A DNA stretch of 32,000 bases. It comes from Halorhodospira halophila SL1 (GTDB taxonomy: Bacteria; Pseudomonadota; Gammaproteobacteria; Nitrococcales; Halorhodospiraceae). The position numbers and the translations under genes were made by a program. Location: contig NC_008789.1 in the NCBI RefSeq assembly GCF_000015585.1, positions 2,280,001 through 2,312,000 on the forward strand, written 5' to 3'. Shown here one piece after another: positions 26,834-32,000 of the stretch; position 1 is the stretch's first letter; every line of letters starts with the position of its first letter. Under the pieces are notes generated by a model. It saw only the letters and a list, made by a program, of their open reading frames with translations. It was not told the origin of the DNA and made no database searches.

Positions 26834-27750
26834 TTCCTTTTCGGATCGACCGACTTCGCGCCCCCGGTTTGGGACTCCGCCAGCTCCAGCGCTCGCTGAT
26901 ACAGGGCGTTGCGCCGCCCGCCGGTCAGGCGCGCGGCCACACGGGCGGCCTGTTTCACCGCCACCCCCTCGAGCAGCAGCGCGCGCAGCGTGCTGTCGGC
27001 GTCCACGGCTGCGCCCCGCTGCGGCACCCCCTCCAGGACCACAACGATCTCGCCCCGCTGCTGGTTGCCATCCACCTCGACCCGCCTCAGCACCTCCTCC
27101 AGCGAACCACGAAGGACCGTCTCGTGCACCTTGGTCAGCTCGCGGGCCAAAACCACCGGGCGCTCCCCACCGCACACCTCGACCAGATCACGCAGACAGG
27201 CCGCAATGCGATGCGGGGCCTCGAAGAAGGCCACGGTCCGGGGCTCCTCGGCCAGCGCCTCGAGACGACTGCGCCGCGCCGTATCGCGGGCGGGGAGGAA
27301 GCCGTCGAAGACGAAGCGATCGGCGCCAAAACCGGCCACCGAGAGCGCCGCCGTCACACTGCACGGCCCGGGCACGGGTGACACCCGCTCCCCCGCATCC
27401 GCCGCTGCGGCCACCAGGCGGGCACCCGGATCGCTGAGCAGGGGCGTGCCGGCATCGCTGACCAGCGCCACATCCCGTCCGGCAGCCAGCAGACGGAGCA
27501 GGCGCGGGATCCTGGAGGCCTCATTGTGCTCGTGCAGACTCAGCAAACGCGCCCGAAGACCGTACTGCTCCAGCAGCCGGCCGGTCCGGCGCGTATCCTC
27601 AGCCGCCACCCACTCGACATGGCGGAGGATCTCGGCTGCCCGTCGACTCAGATCCCCAAGGTTCCCGATGGGGGTCGCCACAACCCACAGCGCGCCGCCG
27701 CCGTTTGACACAGGCGCGACGGGCGCCGGATACTCCGAAGGCTTATCCAC
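26827..27750 (-). CDS. rsmI: 16S rRNA 2'-O-ribose C1402 methyltransferase RsmI
   Basis: ALWVVATPIGNLGDLSRRAAEILR.V..VAAEDTR.TG.LL...G...RLLSLHEHNE...SDAGTPL.SDPG...FLP.. is collinear with E. coli RsmI. The start is uncertain. GTG at 27750 has GGAG with a 6-nt spacer. GTG at 27711 gives an E. coli-like N-terminus. The track start at 27828 would overlap lpoA. Confidence 0.88.
   Translation of the reverse strand: MDKPSEYPAPVAPVSNGGGALWVVATPIGNLGDLSRRAAEILRHVEWVAAEDTRRTGRLLEQYGLRARLLSLHEHNEASRIPRLLRLLAAGRDVALVSDAGTPLLSDPGARLVAAAADAGERVSPVPGPCSVTAALSVAGFGADRFVFDGFLPARDTARRSRLEALAEEPRTVAFFEAPHRIAACLRDLVEVCGGERPVVLARELTKVHETVLRGSLEEVLRRVEVDGNQQRGEIVVVLEGVPQRGAAVDADSTLRALLLEGVAVKQAARVAARLTGGRRNALYQRALELAESQTGGAKSVDPKRKG
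27705..27734 (+). promoter_or_regulatory. Candidate sigma70 promoter for lpoA-yraN-diaA
   Basis: Perfect TTGACA (27705-27710), an 18-nt spacer, then GATACT (27729-27734). The predicted TSS is near 27741, 30 nt before the lpoA ATG. Confidence 0.4.
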
Positions 27751-27751
27751 A
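27743..27751 (+). promoter_or_regulatory. Perfect consensus DnaA box TTATCCACA
   Basis: Exact 9/9 match read at 27743-27751. It lies 20 nt upstream of the lpoA ATG and just downstream of the predicted TSS. It also overlaps the candidate rsmI GTG at 27750. Confidence 0.6.
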
Positions 27752-27770
27752 GGCTTCTCCGACGGTTCCC

Positions 27771-29637
27771 ATGACCTGCCCCACGCGCGTTCTTCAGTTC
27801 CTGATCGTGGCCGCGCTGCTGGCGGCACTCTACAGCTGTGCCCCGACGCCGGTCACGCCCGCCGACACACCGGAGCAGAGCGAGGCGCAGGCAGACGACG
27901 CCCGCGCCGCGGGTGACGCTGCCCGTGCTGCGGAACTCTATGATGCGGCAGCGGAGGGCTACGAGGAAGCCGCGGACCGCAATCGAGTCAGCATCGCCGC
28001 TGCCCGCAGCTGGCTCGAGGCTGAAGAGCGGGACGCCGCGACCACGGCGTTGGCCCGGGTCGACCCCGAACACCTCGGCGAATCGGACCGGGACCGCTTC
28101 ACCCTCGCCCGAGCCCAACTGGCCCTGCAGCGCGAGCGCCCAGATCTCGCCGCGTCCCTCCTCGACAACCTGGCGGAACCGCCGGCCGGCGAGGAGGCCG
28201 ACTACCACCGCCTGCGCGCCGCAGCGGCGGCGGTCATGGACGACCACCTGAAGGTCGCTGAACAGCGCGTGGCCCTGGAGCAGCACCTGGAGACCCCGTC
28301 ACAGCGAGAGGAAAACCGCAACCTCATCTGGCAGGCCCTGGGCCGCACCCCCGCCCCGCAGCTGCAGGAGATCGACCCGGACGACGACACCTACGGCGGC
28401 TGGGTGCGGCTGGCACAGATCGCCCGCAGCCACCGCCTCGACCCGGAGCGACTCGAGGAGGCGGTATCCGACTGGGAGGCGGCCTTCCCGGACCACCCAG
28501 CCCGCGACCACCAGGCCACCGAGCTGATCACCCGGTTCCACGAGCGGATCCGCCGCCCCGAGCGCGTTGCCCTGCTGCTGCCGCTGAGTGGCGATTTCCG
28601 CGAAGCCGGCCGGGCGGTGCGCGACGGGATCCTCTCCGCCTATTTCAGCGACAACAACCAGCGCCCGGAGATCACCGTCCACGACACCGGCGGCGATCCG
28701 GAGCGTGCGCTGGAGGCCCTGGCCGAGGCCCGCGAGGCCGACAGCGACGCGGTGATCGGCCCCCTCACCCGCGGCGCCGTCCGGGCGATCGCCGACGCGG
28801 ACGAGAGCCCGCCGACCCTGGCCCTGAACACCCTCGATGACAATGGCACCGCGGAGCACCTCTATCAGTTCGCGCTCACCCCGGAAACCGACGCGCGACA
28901 GGCGGCGCTGCACGCGCAACGGCGCGGCTGGAGCAGTGTGGTCATCCTCGCCCCGCGAACCGACTGGGGGGAACGAGTCCAGCGGGCGTTCCAGGAGGCC
29001 TTTGAAGAGACCGACGGCACCGTGCTTCAGAGCGAAGCCTACGACGCGGGTGACGCTGACTTCTCCGGGCCGATCCGGGAAGTGCTCAACCTGCGCGTCA
29101 GCAGCCTGCGCCACCAGGAACTCACCCGAACCCTGGGACAGTCGCTGGAGTATCAACCGCGCCGCCGCCAGGACGTGGACGCCATCTTCCTCGCCGCCTC
29201 GCCCGAGGCGGGGCGGCTGCTGCGCCCACAGCTCGAGTACCACCACGCCCAGGACGTGCCGGTGCTCTCCACCGCTCACATCTACGGCGGCGCCCCTCGC
29301 CCCGAGGAGGACCGCGACCTCGACGGCCTGCACTTCGTCGACGGCCCCTGGCTGGTCGGCCGGTCGCTGGGCATCCCGGAGGCGCTGGAACGCGAACGGC
29401 TCGCCGAGCTACTCGGTGACGTCCTGCGCCGCGAGGCCCGTCTAGTGGCCCTGGGTATCGACGCCTACCGCATCTTCCCGTACCTCGAGGTCCTCAGCGA
29501 ACACCCAGAGGAGCGCTTGGACGGGCTGACTGGCAAACTCCACCTGAACAGCGAGCGCGTGGTCGAGCGCGAGCTGGTCGCCGCGCGGTTTGTCCGCGGC
29601 CGACCGGTATTCGAACAACCGGCCACGGAGGGCGGCG

Positions 29638-29666
<29 letters not shown>
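27771..29666 (+). CDS. lpoA: Penicillin-binding protein activator LpoA (outer-membrane lipoprotein)
   Basis: 631 aa with a lipoprotein signal MTCPTRVLQFLIVAALLAALYS-C. It has an N-terminal helical/TPR-like region, then a periplasmic-binding-protein-like domain (VALLLPLSGDFREAGRAVRDGILSAY matches E. coli IALLLPLNGQAAVFGRTIQQGF). Conserved rsmI-lpoA-yraN-diaA synteny. Confidence 0.9.
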
Positions 29667-30629
<963 letters not shown>

Positions 30630-30650
30630 CGCCGCCCTCGGGGCAACCGT

Positions 30651-31079
30651 CTATTTGACCACGCGCAGATTGGGCCGCTTGCCCCCGCTGGGGCCGTCCG
30701 GCGGCCCGTCGTGGTCATCGTCACTGTCCTGCCCCGCGTCCAGGGCCTCGTACTCCTCCGACTCGGCGTCATCGCCCTCACCGAAGAGCATGCCCTGCCC
30801 GTTCTCCCGGGCATAGATGGCCATGACCGCGTTCACCGGCACCTGAACACCGCGCGGCACACCACCGAAACGGGCACGGAAGACGATCTCGTCGTTGCCC
30901 ATGTTCAGCCCCTGGACCGCCCGCGGTGCCACATTCAGCACCAGTCGGCCGTCCTCGGCGTATTCCAGCGGGGCGTCGACATCCTCCCGACTGGCATCCA
31001 CCAGCAGATAGGGGGTGTAACCGTTATCGGCGATCCACTCGTAGATCGCCCGGATGAGGTAGGGACGACTCGGGGTCAT
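30651..31079 (-). CDS. sspB: ClpXP adaptor / stringent starvation protein B
   Basis: 142 aa with MTPSRPYLIRAIYEWIADNGYTPYLLVDA....V.P.EY..DG.LVLN......L.MGND...F.ARFGG, an acidic linker, and the C-terminal ClpX-binding tail RPNLRVVK. Confidence 0.94.
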   Translation of the reverse strand: MTPSRPYLIRAIYEWIADNGYTPYLLVDASREDVDAPLEYAEDGRLVLNVAPRAVQGLNMGNDEIVFRARFGGVPRGVQVPVNAVMAIYARENGQGMLFGEGDDAESEEYEALDAGQDSDDDHDGPPDGPSGGKRPNLRVVK

Positions 31080-31096
31080 TGGTGCGCCTCCTGCCT

Positions 31097-31696
31097 TCAC
31101 GCACGCAGGGCCTGCTCCTCGCGGGTCAGACTGATGCGGAAGGCGTCGGTTGCAAACTGCTGTTCGGCGTACTGAGTGATCGCCGCTGCAGGCTCCGGGA
31201 GGTCGACCCCGGCGGCGGGCAAACGCCATAGCAGCGGCAGGATCGTAAGATCCATGATTGTCAGCTCGTCGCTGAGGAAGTACGGCTGGCCCTCGAAGAG
31301 CTCGGCAGCCGCCACCAGGCTCTCGGTCAGGGCGCGGCGGGCCTGCTGCGTCTGCGCCCCCGTACCGTCCTCGATTTGATCGTAGAGCGCGTACCAGTCG
31401 CGCTGCATGCGGTGGACCACCAGCCGCGCCTTCGCCCGGCTCACCGGGTCGACGGGTAACAGCGGCGGGTGCGGATACCGCTCATCCAGGTAGTCGATGA
31501 TGATCTCGGGGTGGTAGAGCGCGATGTCTCGGTCCACCAGCGTGGGCACGTCCCCGTAAGGGTTGTGCTCCAGCAGGGCGGTCGGCGGCTGGTCCGGATC
31601 GACCGGGACACGCTCGGCCTCGACCCCCTTGAGGGCCAGGGCCAGCCGGGCCCGATGGCTGTGTATGCATTGCGCTCCGGTATAGAGGCGGATCAC
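31097..31696 (-). CDS. sspA: Stringent starvation protein A (GST-like)
   Basis: NPYGDVPTLVDRDIALYHPEIIIDYLDERYPHPPLLPVDPV.RA..RL....M..DWY....PYFLSDE....D..ILPLLWRLP matches E. coli SspA. The start is set at the GTG at 31696 (GGAGGG 4 nt upstream, giving MIRLYTG like E. coli MTLFSG). An alternative GTG at 31759 overlaps the petC stop. Confidence 0.9.
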   Translation of the reverse strand: MIRLYTGAQCIHSHRARLALALKGVEAERVPVDPDQPPTALLEHNPYGDVPTLVDRDIALYHPEIIIDYLDERYPHPPLLPVDPVSRAKARLVVHRMQRDWYALYDQIEDGTGAQTQQARRALTESLVAAAELFEGQPYFLSDELTIMDLTILPLLWRLPAAGVDLPEPAAAITQYAEQQFATDAFRISLTREEQALRA

Positions 31697-31755
31697 GGGC
31701 CCTCCGGCGACCGTTTTGCGGGGTGGCCCGGAGTCCCCGGGCCACCCCACCCGGG

Positions 31756-32000
31756 TCACTTCTTGATGCCTCTCCAGAACTCCTTGTACAGGAGGTAGAA
31801 GACACCGGTCATGACGATCAGGAAGAGGATCACCCAGACCCCCATCCGCTCACGGTCCGCCCGGATGGGCTCGCCGGCGTAGGAGAGGAAGGCGGTGAGC
31901 TGGGCGGTGACCTCGCGGTACTCCTCCTCGCTCAGCTTGCCCTCGGCACCCTCGATGATCTCGAAGTCAACGATGTGGCCATCGTCGTCCTTGACCGCCT
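31756..32000 (-). CDS. petC: 3' end of cytochrome c1 (ubiquinol-cytochrome c reductase subunit), 5' end outside window
   Basis: Not in the ORF track. The minus frame is open from the window edge to TGA (31758-31756). It reads ..EEEYREVTAQLTAFLSYAGEPIRADRERMGVWVILFLIVMTGVFYLLYKEFWRGIKK*. This is the typical cytochrome c1 C-terminus (YxxEP motif plus a single TM anchor), in the usual position upstream of sspAB. Confidence 0.75.
   Translation of the reverse strand, partial: AVKDDDGHIVDFEIIEGAEGKLSEEEYREVTAQLTAFLSYAGEPIRADRERMGVWVILFLIVMTGVFYLLYKEFWRGIKK

Noticed and set aside
26416-27175. Minus-strand ORFs 26416-26778, 26469-26672 and 26615-27175 overlapping rnpB.
   Set aside because: The region is unambiguously RNase P RNA on the plus strand. 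These ORFs are translations of structured-RNA DNA.
3729-29333. Many long antisense or alternative-frame ORFs of 200-500 aa. Examples: 3729-4748, 3868-4884, 5513-6913, 7697-8815, 10099-11361, 14063-15490, 14919-16334, 17463-18902, 18791-19954, 20141-21652, 23463-24488, 26909-27916 and 28299-29333. I considered them as possible hidden overlapping genes.
   Set aside because: Each lies opposite or out of frame to a gene with unambiguous homology. Their translations are low-complexity (R/G/A/P/H/D-rich) with no recognisable motifs. Stop-free alternative frames are expected at this GC content. No SD or start context supports them.

Overview
Very GC-rich gammaproteobacterial core-chromosome window, almost fully occupied by conserved housekeeping genes. 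Left to right:
- rsmJ 3' end (+).
- A 26-kb run of co-oriented minus-strand genes: a hypothetical secreted protein, tRNA-Gln, rpsI, rplM, speD, trpC, trpD, trpG, trpE, gph, lpxC, then the complete dcw division/cell-wall cluster (ftsZ, ftsA, ftsQ, ddl, murB, murC, murG, ftsW, murD, mraY, murF, murE, ftsI, ftsL, rsmH, mraZ).
- RNase P RNA rnpB (+), then rsmI (-).
- lpoA-yraN-diaA (+).
- sspB, sspA and the 3' end of cytochrome c1 petC (-).

I saw no mobile elements, CRISPR array, defence genes or other accessory content. No unannotated gap exceeds about 290 nt. I therefore do not find a convincing new multi-gene system; this reads as an ordinary core region. The only gene of unknown function is the secreted tandem-repeat ORF at 205-783.

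The observations most worth a second look are small-scale:
- A perfect DnaA box at the predicted start of the operon that encodes DiaA.
- An identical 20-nt SD/start/stop overlap cassette reused at two dcw junctions.
- A 14-nt periodic GTTCAG repeat between trpG and trpD.
- A near-consensus Pmra promoter with MraZ-box-like repeats.
- tRNA-Gln appended to the rplM-rpsI unit.

Caveats: the ORF track renders GTG/TTG starts as M, and many ORFs are over-extended upstream or are antisense artefacts of the high GC content. Starts were re-called by hand from homology, SD motifs and stop/start overlaps. All family assignments come from remembered protein sequences, not from searches.
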